Below are positions 38,708-53,187 of a stretch of DNA of 64,000 nucleotides, in pieces. A program made the position numbers and the translations under genes. Below the pieces are notes generated by a model. The model saw only the letters and a program-made list of their open reading frames with translations. It was not told where the DNA came from and ran no database searches. Origin of the DNA: Vermamoeba vermiformis (lineage: Eukaryota). The stretch is from NCBI GenBank assembly GCA_045837725.1, contig JBEWZL010000003.1, positions 62,001-126,000 of the forward strand, written 5' to 3'. The number at the start of each line of letters is the position of its first letter. Position 1 is the stretch's first letter.

Positions 38708-40410
38708 TCAAACTTGCGTGAGCGGAATTTCATCGTCTATTTGTTCGTCGTCGCTAAGCTGATCTAACGGCATATCAAATCGTGTAAAGCAACAATCGCC
38801 TTCAGATTTCCATTTTTGGCAAGTCCAAAACATTTCACCGGATTTGGTAAAATGTTTCAAGGCAGGCTTCAAACAATAGCAAAGAATTTGATTCTGTTCT
38901 TTGCTGAATTCTCTGCGCAATTCTCGCAATTTCCTCACGTATCGATCTTGTTTGTTGATAGCAGTAGTTGAGTTGAATGGTCCACTGGTACTTTGCAACA
39001 TTTTTTCCAAATCCAACGGCGAGATATTTTGCATGGCTTGTGATGGCGCGACTGTTGACGGCGCTCTTTCTTCCGCACTAACAAAATTGCATGTTAGTAA
39101 CAAATAATCAACGATTTTTGATGTTAACATTAAGCATCAGAAAAGCACGGAGATATTGATATAATATTTGATAGTATAATGTTAAATAAGAGTTCAATAT
39201 TCAATTTGCACGTGCTCGCAAAAGTAAAAGATAGATCCGAGTGAAGCGTTTCGACCCTGATCCGCAAGATCTTGGCATTGTACGTACGATTTTATGGCAT
39301 CAGAGCCACCATTCGGAGCATTTTGCACGACAGCATTCGTGAGCATGTAATCGCGCTTCAACAACTTGGCTAAATGTTGCGGTGTGGTCGTGACACGTGT
39401 CTTGCTGAACTTGCCGTACACGTGCTCGATCAGTCGCGAAAGACTTCCTACAATGAAAATTTCCAAATTTAGTAAGTCTTATCAAGTTTGATAACGACAC
39501 CAAGCCAAGTGTCAAGATGTCAAAAGAAAAGTTCCCACGAGAAAGCCTCGGGATGGTCTTGTTGTTTCTATATATGGTAATACCGTACCCTCGCTAGCCA
39601 AGTGGATGTCTTTCTTGCAAATATTGCAACGCACAGTCTTTGGATTGACAATCTCAAAGTCTCCTTCGCGAGGGAATCGCTCCATCAATTTTGGATTGTT
39701 TTTGATTCGTTCTTCGACTGTCTTGGAGTTAATTTCTCGTGGAGGACTAACCAATTTTGGTTTTTTATTCGCAGAGGCCTAACAAAAAATTAAAATATTG
39801 CTTACTCTGGAGAAGGTTGCTTCCTTCGGATCGGAAAAAATATTCAATAATAGACGGCATTGAATAGAGTCAATATAATAGGTTATATGGTGCAATATGA
39901 GTATTATTTACGTACCACCTGCTTTTGGAGCTCTAATTGGGCGGCTAAGAGCAGGCCTAGATCGAGCGACATGGCCAAGGCCGTAGTTTGATTCAACAAG
40001 GGAACCAATAAGACATTAATATTGTGGTCGTTAAGAATTCGAATGTTCTTCTCGATGAGCTCGTCAGTGCAATTAGGAACCGAGTCTTTGACGCTATAAA
40101 ACAAGCCACGGAGATCTGACGAATAAATGAGACATGAATGGAATTTTAATTCACTAAATACCTAATGGCTCATTAGCTTCATCTGCTGTTCGTTTTTTGC
40201 CAGTAAGACTTTTTTCTTCTTCGACTGCTGTGGTAATTTGCTGAAGATTTTGGTTAATAAAACCTGATCTCAATTAAACGGAGCAAAATAATTCTGAATA
40301 TGGCATGATATCGTGCTAAAATTAATTTATAATTACCTGAATAAATTCTGGGCTTAAACCCGATGTCACAAGCTCAATCCGATTTTTGGATTCGTCTTGA
40401 ACTTCTCCAT
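38708..40410 (-). CDS. Hypothetical protein with SAM-like N-terminal region, zinc-finger-like middle and C-terminal GRF-type zinc finger
   Basis: VRCNICKKDIHL...LIEH; LCYCLKPA...SGEMFWTCQK...CCFTRF; GT-AG junctions. Confidence 0.5.
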
Positions 40411-40629
40411 TACCTACGTGGGTTGCAAAAATATTACTGACCGAGTCAGTCTGCGGCCCAGTGCCTGAGTTTGCGCCACTTGTGGACATTTGTCGGAGTT
40501 ATGGATGACAAAAAAATAAATAAGACAACGACAAATGTCGAATCCGCACCAAAACGAGGCGCTACGAACAGTGCAAGTCATCGTGGCAAAGAACATTATC
40601 GGTAGGTAATAAATATGATATTTACACTA

Positions 40630-43600
40630 TTACTCGGTCTTTTCTATAATTTTGATAATTCCGGTTGATCCATCCACAAACACCTCAGTACCCGTTTTGA
40701 TCGTCTTCGTAACATTATTAACACCAAGCACTGCTGGTAATCCAAATTCCCGTGCAGTGATTGCAGCATGAGATAATAAGCCACCATGTTCCGTAACAAC
40801 CGCTACAAAAGCAAGCATTAATTTTTGATCGCGGATCTACGTGCATTATTTAACGTACCGACAACGTGCATAAATAGAGGTGTCCAATACGGATCAGTAG
40901 TAGATGCGATGAGCACCGTGCCTGGCTCAATGTGCGCTACTTCGGTCGGCGAATCCAGAACTAAAGCTTTGCCAGTAACTTGGCCTGGGCTAGCTGCTGT
41001 GCCTTTCATACTCTAATAATATTGTCAGTATACAAATATGGCATTGATTGCCTTTTAAGGAGAAGCTGTTACTTACATCTGCATCGTTTGTATTCGTGAA
41101 CAAGGGCTCGTCTCCTAAGAACGCACAAGGTGGTGATAAATCCCGATTTTTCATCCATTTAGTTCTATTTGCTGCCACGTGCTCTTGAATTATCTTGGCG
41201 TCCCACTTGCCTTCGAGAATTGTCTCGAGATCTTCGATGGACAAATGGAAAAGATCCTCGATATCCACAAGCCCCTTATCCTCTAAATATAATTGGCAGT
41301 ATGAGTAAATATAATTATATCGTATTATTGTTCATATTTATACCTAGTAACTTGGATCCGATGGTCAACAAGATCCGTCGTTGGACGGCGATAAAATGCA
41401 CTACTACTGCTTTACAGTTTTCTCGTAAACGAGACATGGCTTGAAATCTGCATAATAGACGGCGTTAGCTGTACATATACGATACTACCAAGCCCTTACT
41501 TTCCCACGGCCCACGAGTACAATGGACGCAAGAAGATGTTTTGTGCAGCTACAACTTTTTTCTCAGAATTGCGTCGCTGCTCCAACAAATCGATTTTGCT
41601 CACCCGTGTCGATGAGGTAGCATTAACGCTAATCTGTAAGAACTTTAAGATGTCATTTGGCATGTCACTCCATCGTGGCTGTGCAACTTCGAGTTCAATT
41701 TTGGATCGGTAACCGTACTTGACGATAAATTCTTGCAATTCTTTGATTATCGGAGATCTTTCCGATAACAGTGCATGCAACTCTTTCCAATCTAACTTAT
41801 CTGCCTCCTATCAATTTTATCAATTATCTATAGTCAAGATCAGATCAGACTTACTTGTTTGAAGTACTCTTTTGCCTCTTGGTTTTCCTTAATCAATGCA
41901 GCTATTTCGAATAATTTTTCGTCTTGTTCGACGGTCACTACGTCCCCGAGACCAGTCAACAATGATGCAAATAACTGCGTGCCATTCTCTTTCTTTTCAA
42001 TGCCTTGCCAAACTACCTCCTTAAAAATCGACAAATAGATTTGCAAGTCCATGTAGATCTTTCCGAAATCAACAAACTCTTCCTAAAAAGGAAATCAATC
42101 ACAATCATACAAAATAAATTGTTGTTCAATCGTACCTGCACTTGATTGAATATTTCAAATAATTTCTTTTCATCATATTCGTGCAGGTCTTTGGCTCTCA
42201 TTTGCAAACAAAATTCGTTGTACTGTCGCCAATTCTTTTCAGCCTTTTCAATGAACTCTTTGCTCTTGAACAAATGACCCAAAATATTCGACAACCCTAA
42301 TAATACAATTAGGCACCTTTTCAAGTATAATCATAGGGTTCGTACCTTTGATTTTGTTCGATTTTTCATGTGGTAAGTTTGCAGCTAAAATCTCCGGCGA
42401 GATATCTTCAAATTCTTTCGTAATTGTTTTCAAGTCAGCGCCAAACTCTTTTACCATCAATTTATACGTCGTTGTAACATTTTGAAAGACTCGACCCCAT
42501 TTCAATTCGTAGAATGGTTGTTCCTGTATAATATTCGATTGATTAGTATTTCCTTTTTAGGAAAGTCATTGTGCGTACCTTAGAATATTTGATGCCTTTT
42601 TGTTTGTACCGTTTTTTTAGTGCCTTATTAATGATCGTATTAAATGCAGACCAAGTCATCATAGTAGCAGCATGGCCCATCACTTCTTTGCTGTTCTTGT
42701 TCGAGTACAGATCCTTTCGGCCATCCGAGTTTTGAGTTGTTGAAACTTCGCCTTTTTTGGTAATAGGCCTTGCTTGGAGTATCCATAATTTTTCACCGTC
42801 CCAAGTCCATTCAACGTCCACTGGGTACTTGAAGTAACTTTCTATTTTTAGCGCTGTTTCTCGCAAGTGTCTGCATAGCTCGGCCGTAACTATTTCGCTC
42901 TTCATTTGCATTTCTTCCTTTTTTGGTATAGTAATTTTCTCCGGAGTAACTTTGCCCGATACAATTTGATCGCAGTAGCCTTCTGCTGCTTCGACGATGA
43001 TCTCATCTGCACTCGTCATAGGATTGACGCTGAATAATACGCCAGAGATCTTACTAGCAATCATTGGTTGGATTAACACCGCCAAATTAGGACTTTCAGG
43101 AAGGTCGTTGACTTTGCGATAATTTATGGCTCGTTCAGTCCTGAAAAAGACCAGATCAGACACGCGTGTTCGAGCGGATCTTGTCCTACCTGGTGGAAGA
43201 CCAGCACTCTTTCAACGCCTTGAATATATCGCCCTTATCGACCATTAATATGCTCTCGTGTATGCCTGCAAAAGACAGCTTGGCAGAGTCCTCAAGCAAG
43301 CCTGAAGATCTGACTGCGTAACGTGTCGATTCTGAGACAGTTTTGGACAGTTCCTGAAAATAAGTATATCAATTAATATACGCACATCACAGTGTGGTAT
43401 TGCTAACCTTGATTCGCTCGGTCAATTCGTGAGTAAGCTGATCGGGCCAGTGAGTGTCAGATTTCACAATATCTTCAGGAGTGCACGTCGCGAAATCAAT
43501 TTTATTAGCACCTAAATATTCCTCGAATGCCCTTGCGAATATTACGAACCCTAATTGCGGTGTCAATAACGTAATTGGGGTTTTGAATCAAAAATTAAAC

Positions 43601-43746
43601 TCTATTTTTACAATCACGATGCATCGTATTTTTTTACCTCCTGGAGCATCAATGTGTTGCTTTAATAATAGACTTAAATTCCAGGCCTTTCCGCCAACGA
43701 TCTTCTCTTCGTTCTCGCTTAAGTCCACGAGCTTCTTGCAGTACAT
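40630..43746 (-). CDS. PEP-utilising-family phosphotransferase with rifampin phosphotransferase/PigC-like domain order
   Basis: N-terminal ATP-grasp (VGGKAWNL, YAVRSSGLLEDS..LSFAG, DVEW..LWILQARPIT), middle KYGYRSKIELEVAQPRW, C-terminal His domain GGLLSHAAITAREFGLPAV. Confidence 0.88.
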
Positions 43747-44050
43747 CGTGCTCAAATGAAATTTAAATAACACTGATCACTCGAAGACTGAATGTTGCGC
43801 TTTCACCCGTTGTGGTATTACCGTCTCGATCTGTTGGTAAAACGTTCCCGCTTAATTTTGAAACAAAATCTACAAACTTAACCACGTTGTGGCTTTCCAA
43901 TAATGCTGATTGCATACTACGATACCTTTTTGTGTCAAAAAAACGGCTACAGAATCACAACGGAAAAGATCGAACTTTTCGCGCGCTCTTCGTTTTCTTT
44001 TTGCTCATTAGAGCCAACGAAGAAACACGCAAGCAACTCTTATCTTCAAC

Positions 44051-46897
44051 ATGGTCAAGTACGTCGTAGTCACTGGAGGTGTCCTGTCGGGCATTGGCAA
44101 GGGAATTATCGCTAGCAGCACTGGTATGCTCTTGAAAGCGTTCGGATTTCGAGTAACTGCAATCAAAATCGATCCTTACATCAATATCGACGCTGGAACT
44201 ATGAGCCCCTTCGAGCACGGCGAGGTCTTCGTATTAGACGATGGTGGTGAAGGTAATTTAAATCCGGAATCTGATTTTTTTGTGTTGCCGAATCCCAAAA
44301 GCTTTTTATTGCTTCTTCGTCCCTTGACGCTTATTAATATCGTTTAAATATAGTCGATTTGGATCTCGGCAATTATGAGCGCTTCGTCGATATTACTGCG
44401 ACAAAAGACAACAACATTACGACCGGCAAGATCTACCACAACGTTATTGAGAAAGTACGTTTCTTCACTATTCCGCGATATAATTATATTAGTCGATATT
44501 ATTGGCATCAAATTTATATTATTTGAAAATCATGGTTGCGTGATCATGAAGTGCAGATCTGAGGTTGGCTGAAAGTCAGTAATTTAACGAGTTTATTTAG
44601 GAACGTCGTGGTGAATACTTGGGCAAAACTGTTCAAGTAAGTATATATGCAAATTATTGACATTACTGTTATTGTTGATGCGTGTCAGATCGCGATCGAA
44701 CAAATCCGTTGGATCATCCGGCACGTTTAGGGTCTCGCAACAATATCAAGAATATTAACATAATATTGATAGGTCGTTCCTCACATTTGCAATGAGATCC
44801 AAGACTGGATTTCAAGAGTTGCAGCGACGCCCACTGATGGCCAAAAGGGCTCGCCTGATATTTGCGTCATTGAACTCGGTGGCACTGTAAGTATATTTAA
44901 ATATCATAGAATATTGTCCCGTGCGATTGTGGATTGTTTAGTGCGTTGTGAACTAACAGATTTGTGCATCAGGTTGGAGACATCGAATCCATGCCTTTCA
45001 TCGAAGCTCTTCGTCAATTCCAGTTCCGCGTTGGTCGTGAGAACTGCTTGTTCATTCACGTCGCTTTAGTGCCTGTTTTGGGCTCAGTTGGCGAACAAAA
45101 GACCAAGCCCGCCCAACACTCCGTACGCGAGTTGCGCGCTTTGGGTTTGAAGTAAGTAACCTTAATATTATCTTATACGACATCAATATAGTTCATAGTT
45201 TAGTAGAATAGTTATTTTAGGCCATAAGAAGGCTTTTACTAATCGATTTTAAATTTAGTCCTGACATGGTTGTTTGCCGATCTGGAGAGCCTTTGAGCGA
45301 CGCTACGAAGCAAAAGATTTCTGATTTTTGCCACGTGCATCCTGATGTAAGTATCTTCCCCTTGAATATTCCGTAACTATTCTGTCGTTCTTCGAGGAAA
45401 TTATTAACAAAGATCCGTTACGTTTTTTAGCACGTTATTGGTGTTCACGATGTGTCGAACATTTACAGAGTTCCGTTGCTTCTTCTTCAACAAAAGCTCT
45501 GCGACAATATCCTCAAGACCTTGAAGTTGACTGCTCCTATGTAAGTTCAATTTTGTTGCTACATCCACCCCGAGCGCATCTGACTTTTGCGAAGGCCTGA
45601 GCCCAACTTGTCTGCTTGGTCTACTATTGCCGATACTGCCGATAGATTGAGCACGTCTGACTCACCTATCCGCATTGCTATTGTCGGCAAATACACTGGT
45701 CTCTCTGACTCGTATTTGTCTGTAGTTAAAGGTACGCATCCGAATTTTTTTATTTATTCAGAAGTTGCTAAAAATGTTCTATAGCTCTTCAACATGCTTC
45801 CTACTATGTCGATAGAAAGTTGGAAATCGACTGGATCGAGGCCTCAAATCTTGAGCCTGCCTACAAAGGTACGCATCTGCTCCGTCAGATCTCGGGCACT
45901 ATTTAAGCGTTAAGCCTCTTTGATGCTAATCTAATATCGTTTATTAGAGGAGGATCCTGCCAAGTACGATGAAGCTTGGAAGACTCTCAAGTCGGTCCAC
46001 GGTATTTTGGTTCCTGGTGGATTTGGCGACAGAGGTGTTGAAGGAAAGATCCTTGCTGCTAACTACGCTCGTGTAAATAAGATTCCTTACTTGGGCATTT
46101 GCTTGGGCATGCAAGTAAGTCATTTAACTATTTTCCTAAATTCGTTGCAGATGCGGCGTCTTTTTTGGATGTGGTCGCTAACGGTTACTTTATTCTTAGA
46201 TTGCTGTTATTGAATATGCTCGTAACAAACTCGGTTGGACCAAGGCTAACTCCGAAGAGTTTGACAAAGAGGCTAAAGTCCCTGTGGTCGTTTACATGCC
46301 TGAAATTTCTCGCGTCTACTTAGGCGGTACGATGCGATTGGGCTCAAGAACGACTATTTTGAAGACTAAGGACTGCTTGGCCGCAAAATTGTACAGGTAT
46401 GGTATTTAACTAAGCATTAATCTTTGGGCTACCAATTTTTTTCGTTGAAGCAAATCCGATCGTTGAACTTTTTACTAACGGTCGATTTTAGTGGAGTCTA
46501 TGAGTTGGATCTCGACGGTATCGATGAGCGTCACCGTCATCGTTATGAAGTTAACCCTAAGTTGGTCGGAGATCTCGAAAAGGCCGGATTGATCTTCGTC
46601 GGTCAAGATGAGACCGGTCAACGTCAAGAAGTGATTGAATTGCCTCGCAGCGAACATCCTTTCTACTTTGGCGTTCAATACCACCCTGAATTCAAGGGCA
46701 GACCTTTGAAGCCTTCTCCTCCTTTTGTTGGCTTGATGTTGGCTGCATCCGGTCAACTCGGAGTGTGGCTCGATAGCATGAGCGGAAAGAACTTCCCTGC
46801 TCCTGAAGTCGTGAATACTCGTTCAACCTTGACTGCTAGTGGTGCTAGTCCTTCTAAGAGCACTGAGCCAAACCGAAACTTGGTTAACAACTGCTAG
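44051..46897 (+). CDS. CTPS: CTP synthase
   Basis: [64 protein letters not shown]. Confidence 0.98.
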
Positions 46898-47157
46898 ATC
46901 TGTCTCACTCGTTACTCCTTTAGCGAAACATTATAAATAAACTTATTGTCATATCTTACGTACTATAGTTCATTTTAGCCGAGACTATAGATCATACGGG
47001 TTTAAGGTAAAAGCTGCGAAGTTCATTTCCACAATCCGTGGATCTGCTTTCATTTGTTTAAGGCATTCATACGCATTTTAAGGCTATCTTAGTATTACAC
47101 TATAATTAATCGCTTTATTTACATTTAAGATTGCTTTGTTCGTTGTTTTTGGGTTCA

Positions 47158-48092
47158 TTATTTACTATCGTCCGGATTGAGCGGAGACCTCGTCGGAAAT
47201 ATTCGCATTTTGAATGGTCTCGTGTAACCGAGCATATCATTCACTTTCTCGCATTGAAATCCTTCGCGCGTAGAATAAAACACCTTGCGTACTTGAAATT
47301 TCTTCAATGACTCCAAACAGTACTCGCAGGGCTTTGAATTAGCGAGTCCACTTTCTGATAGACGTACGAGGTACATATCACTGCCTATAATAAGCAATTT
47401 CGGTTAACACTATTGGCAGCATATAAAGGATCTATTGAGTCTTTCAAAATGAACTCAAGTGATTATTAGGAGAGTAGTATTATTGATTTATCATTTTAAT
47501 TTAATATTGAATCAATATCTTCCAATAAACATAGAAGTAAAGTAGTAATTATTACAAGCCGATAATTGTTGATGGATTGGATCTGATCGGGTTTGAAAAC
47601 CGTTTGATTATGAACTGTTAAATAATATCATGAGCTCGTACCTTTAGTTTCTTTGAGTGTCTTATCGTGCAGTACATCAATCTCAGCGTGCACTGAAGGC
47701 ACGTCTTGGCCGTTAATACAAACGCGATCGTGGTTGTAACCACTGCCTATAATCCGTCCTCCTAGAAATATGTATTAATAAATAAATTGACGTATTAGTG
47801 TACACGATTAAGAAGAATTAGTAGTTCCTGTCGTGCGTGGGCGCGATCTATTTTGAAAAATTGACAGATCTCGGCCCAAAAATTCTTAAAAAAATTGGTA
47901 TGCCTATATTATAATATAAAATTGATATTGGCGATATTTAAAACAATAAAAATAAATATAGCACGAAAACAAAAATAATAAAAATAAAATAGGCCAATTA
48001 CCTTTGACTAATACAGCCCCGTGTCTAAACTCCATTTTACTTTTGGATGCAATTTTAATAGCTGCTCGAATAAATCGCTCTAGCCGTCCCAT
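47158..48092 (-). CDS. Zinc-dependent cytidine/dCMP deaminase-fold protein
   Basis: RHGAVLVK|GGRIIGSGYN, SVHAEIDV, SKPCEYC, KVFYST; 3 exons. Confidence 0.85.
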
Positions 48093-49406
48093 GATTCCAA
48101 AACTAGAGATCTGGATCTTGCCCTATTCTGCACTACGGTGGGCTTGTCTAATTGGGACGTGTTTGAAAAATATATCAGTCGTGTATGTCTCTTGTATGAG
48201 ACTAACACATATAATTGAGCTTCAAAAACGTGAGTTCATTTTGATCTGCCAACAATGACGTTGCGGCATTAAAATGTTTAAACAACTTAATTAAGCGAAT
48301 GGCGAACACTCCTAGTAATACCAAGAATACAACATCGTCCATCGCTGAACGAAACTAGGAATGAGTTCCGAGATTTCTGAACTTCAACGCGCCGATTCGT
48401 TTTTGATTTTGTGCCAGTTTGACCCATGTTAGGCTTTGACTTTATAAAATATCTCGCCTGTTCATTGGTCAGCAGACCTGGTAAAAACTAAAGTCTGAAA
48501 AATTTTGTATCGACTAAAAAACCCGCGCCACACATGAAAAACATAAAAGTAACTTGAAAAATCTGTTAACAGAGGTAATAGACGTAGAATGGTCAGCGCG
48601 CTTCCAAAGCAGATCTTGTTTCTCTGGATTCAGCTTTAATCCACGAATAATAGTACGACCTCAACGAAATAAATTAATTCTTTGTGCTAATTAAAATTAA
48701 TTTTAGTAGCAGAGTGAATTGGAAATTAGTGCGCTGACAACCCAACTTGGTGCTGGCAATAAGAAATTTAGTATCAAAAATTATTTTAGGAAATTAGAAG
48801 CGGATTAAATTCGTATCTTCCCATTAACTGACAAACCAGCAAGGAAAAATGCGGATATTATATTTCCTATACCATCGTTGTCATTGGCAGCTTGCGATCC
48901 GCTTTCAGCAATTAGAGAGAATTGAAAACAGACCTGATATTTATTGTGACGTTTCCTTTGACTTCAAATTGCATATTTTGTGCGATTACACAACCTTCTA
49001 AGCGTTACACAAATATCAGAAAGTAATACACAAAAAATACAACCGAAACACAAGCGGATCAGCAAATCTGAGCAAGTTTCAGGTAAATATCGAAGGCTTT
49101 TCAAAGAGATTCTTGTGTTTGTCAGAATATTGCCGTTTATGCGCTTATAATATGCTTCATGAACATGATATTGCAGGAATATCCGAATATGGGTGGATAA
49201 AAATGACCTTCCAACTCAGAAGTTCGAATCCGCGATAGCTTGTCGACCAAATTTGTATTTTATCGCGCAAATCAGTGTCAATTATATAGAAATTCTACGG
49301 AACTTTTAAATTTTTTCAGGCCTTAAAAAGTGCTTGGTTGTTGAACAAACAGTCAATTCAATTTCAACTTCGAAAGTAATCAAGCACAACAAAACTACAC
49401 TACGAC

Positions 49407-49737
49407 ATGTCTAACGATAAATGGGAAGAGAAAGCTATGAAGTTCGGCGGTGGTGGCATCGACGACGACTTCTACTATCCAAATCTGATCATTAAAAATA
49501 TGAGAGCCACTAAAACACAAGAACAATCGGCTCCAAGACACTTCTGGAACTTCCACAGTGGACGAAAATCAGTAGAGGTCGACCACGATATTATGGGTCG
49601 TACTTCTGGCACTTCGTAAGCATTTCCGAGCGACGACTTTTACTGAATTTTCATTAACTGGATTCTTTTATAGGGAAAAGCCTCAAGAAGCCGCTTTAAA
49701 GGCTACTTTGGATGATACTTGGGCCAAGACTTTGTAA
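49407..49737 (+). CDS. Small hypothetical protein (about 90 aa, 2 exons)
   Basis: ATG after a CA-rich leader like those of highly expressed genes here; phase-compatible intron about 49616-49673. Confidence 0.55.
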
Positions 49738-50181
49738 ACAAGAAACTCGGGTGGAATTTTTCCGCTGAAAATTTTCGCCTGAAGATCCGACGCGTGTCAA
49801 CGAAGCCGATCAGAGCTTTAGTTGACCTTATTGTATAATTTTAGCATTGCTCTTGTAAATATAACCCCTGTTTTTGTAATTTTGATTTTCTGAACAATAA
49901 TAAAGCAACTTTTATCAAACTTGTAATAATCGTCTCTATTATCGAAACATTCCTTTGCAAGCAAGTTTTGATTTGATACCTTAATTAGTAGATATGTTCC
50001 ATTAATGGAATACATATGGCCTATTTTTACGCGCAGCTAGATCTCATTTGGATTCAATCTTGATACGTACGAGATTGTGTTGATCTGCAGACAAGCGACT
50101 TCTATAGATTCCTTTTGATAAATTTTATTTGCAGAGCTATTTACATGTTTGATATTTGTGCGAGAATCTTTTTTGTATTGT

Positions 50182-52627
50182 TTAGAAGTTAGATATGTCT
50201 CGTCCAAATAACATTGTACGGGCCCAATTCAACGGAACCTGTTTGCAAACAATATCATTTAATGATATATTCATAAACGTTATAATAATGAATGAGTACG
50301 TACCATCATCTTGTTTCGCCATGAGCCAAGACGTGTCAAATAAGCGGATCTCCAGCCTAACCAAGCGAGCAAACCAGACATTTGAACTTTATCCATGTCC
50401 TGCTCGGAAAATTAGCAATTTCTCAATATGATGATAAAAATAACGGCACTTACGATTAAAGACTTGTTCGAACCGACGTAAGTAGTGATGCCTAAGTATT
50501 GGAACTTGAACGGATCCACGGGCGCGTTCGGATCTTTAGCCATCGTATTGAACGCTATTAAAACATGTTATTAACGTACATTATATGGTTAAATTATTGC
50601 TAGTGGTACCTTTAGCGAGATATTTTCCTTGTTGTTGCGCTACTTGAGCTGTGGCTGGCAAAGCATTGCCCTCGATCTCGGCGCAGTCACCCGCCGCATA
50701 CACGTCTTTCAGCTCCTATAGTCATAATAGTATATTAGCACTTGAAATGGTATTCATATGGAAGACTTACCTTGACGCGTAGATGATCGTCGACGGTGAA
50801 TCGGCCTTGTTTGGTCTTAGGCCAGTCCAATTTTTTAGCGAGAGCACGTGGTCCAACACCAGTGCTCCATACAATCAGACCGCATGGGATGACCGTACCA
50901 TCGGCCAAATGAACTTCATTCTTGCGCACTTCTTTGACTAACGAGTGTGTGCGAACATCAACACCTGCAACTATTGTGTTAAGTAATTGCTATTATATGA
51001 AAAGTTGGTCAAAGTGGTACCTTGTCGCTTGATCGTGACCATGGCGTGGTCTACTAAAGCTTTATGAAAAGCGCCCAAAATCGTTCGCGATGCCTCTACT
51101 AATGTAAATCTGACTTCATTTACAGGAATTGTCGGGAAATAATGTCTCAAATCTTCCCAGAAGAAATCACTCAATTCACCAGCGAACTAAAAAACACATC
51201 CGTTAGTTCAACACTTGAATTATGAGTATATAGGAAGAAATAATATGAATATGTATATATACGTACTTCTACGCCAGTAGGTCCTCCACCAACAATAACA
51301 AAGTTCAACAATTTGGATCTTTCCTCGTCACTTGTACCAGGAATACTGTCCAAGAATACTTTAGTATTCTACTCGCAAATGCATATTTAATTCACTTACG
51401 ATGCCCTCTCGAAGCATTCAATAATCTTTTGACGAATTCTTCTCGCGTCATCGAGTTCCTGCGAAGACAAAGTGTCAGATCCGACAATCAAAAAATCATC
51501 GCACCAAAGGCGCTTGCAATTACCTTTAAAAAGTATGTGTTTTCACGAACGCCCGGAATATTATAAGTGTTATTATCGGCACCGATCGTTACGACCAATT
51601 TGTCGTATTGTTGTGTAAATATTCGGTGTTCACTTTCTCGTACAGCTCTTTCTTCGCACGTTAATGTCTTCGAATTCGTATCAATATCTATAAATACGTA
51701 TGATTAGATATTTAATACTACTACGAGATGTGCATATCGATATTGTTTGTTGCGTACCTAAGCAAGCTGCTTGAAAGAAATTCCATTCTGGATGCTTTTT
51801 TGACGAGCGCATTGGCTCGACTATGCTTCTGAAATCAAGTGTGCCAACTAAAAATATGATTGTTATTATTAAGATCGAATGATATGCGCTATTCGTGGCC
51901 AGCAATGTATTTGTTTCTCGCGATCCGAAATTTAACAAAATTGGTGTAATCTAGTCTGAAAGTTGACTTACCTGTCGTAGAAGGTAATAGCGGGGTAAAT
52001 AAAAAGTGGTTTCGTGGGCTGATGATTGAAACATCGTATCTCTGTAGAATTGAAACGGATCAGAAAAGTTTTTCACAAATGACATACGCCTTACTTCGGT
52101 ATTTATCTTAATTTTGAAATATTTTGAAAATTAAATAATTATTTTACCTTTTTATCGATGTCTTGGAGCAATTTGTTGGCTGCCCAGCCTGAACCAAGGA
52201 TCACGAGCTTCTCGCCTAGAAATATTTATTAGTGATTATCATCGTGAAATAATTGCTTGTTAATAAATATGCCGCGAGATACCGATGGCGAGGTAATAGC
52301 TAATTAATTGCTAGGCAATTCATAAAATTTGAATTTTTTTCTAGCTGGATAAACAATTGTAGACTCGCTTATTTGAGCCTATTAACTTACGTTTTGCATC
52401 TTCCTTCAATAAATTAACACCAAGAACTGTTCGTTGCTGTTGAAATGTCGGCTTTTGCTTTACTAGCCCTAAAATAAATATTAGAATACTTGTAATTCAG
52501 CTTATCATCGCTAAAATATGTTCATATTAATGTATATAATCAACCCTATTTATTAAAAAAATTCAGCAGTGATCTGGTAAGAAAGACAAGACTTACTTGG
52601 TACTGCGCGGATTGCAACTCGAAACAT
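50182..52627 (-). CDS. Type II (alternative) NADH dehydrogenase, mitochondrial
   Basis: KLVILGSGWAA, SPRNHFLFTPLLPST, VIVGGGPTGVEFAGEL, LPATAQVAQQQG, FGRDISNF*; Arg-containing N-terminal presequence. Confidence 0.95.
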
Positions 52628-53187
52628 ATGCTTTCTGTTACTTTTAAGTTGTTGTTGTGTGGTCGACTACTTGGTGCCTCCGTAATACTAAACCAGATAT
52701 TTTTTTGGCGTTTTAAATCAGCTTTTGGTAAATTTCACGTCGTGAGTTTCACTTGCACCTTGCAACTGGCGAAAAAGTAAACTCAGCCCTTAATTAAAGA
52801 CACAACAGCACGTGACGAGCGGTCATTGATTTAGTCTCCGTTGCCCCGCTTCCGTAGTGTCAAAAGCTGTTCGAGATCTAGCAGCAGATGCGAAGCGAAG
52901 TGGTAGCGGCAAATCTGCAGCTTGCACGTCGAATAATGTCGTATTGGTAATCCCGCAGCATCGTTACTCACTGTCGTGCTATTATTGGTTCATTACGGGA
53001 GAAAAGCACTGATTTTTTTCGGCCTAATTTCGCTTTTTATGATCTGACGTAAGCAACAACCAAAACGAGATTTTCAAATAAAATCATTTTTTATTCAATC
53101 TTACCATGTGAAGGGCGTCATATTAGTCAAGTACAACCGAAATTATATAGCACCATAGCGTTGTAACACAAAAAGTGAAAAGCAATA

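Noticed and set aside
49220-49233. B-box-like AGTTCGAATCC
   Set aside because: No T-stem pairing or acceptor stem around it.
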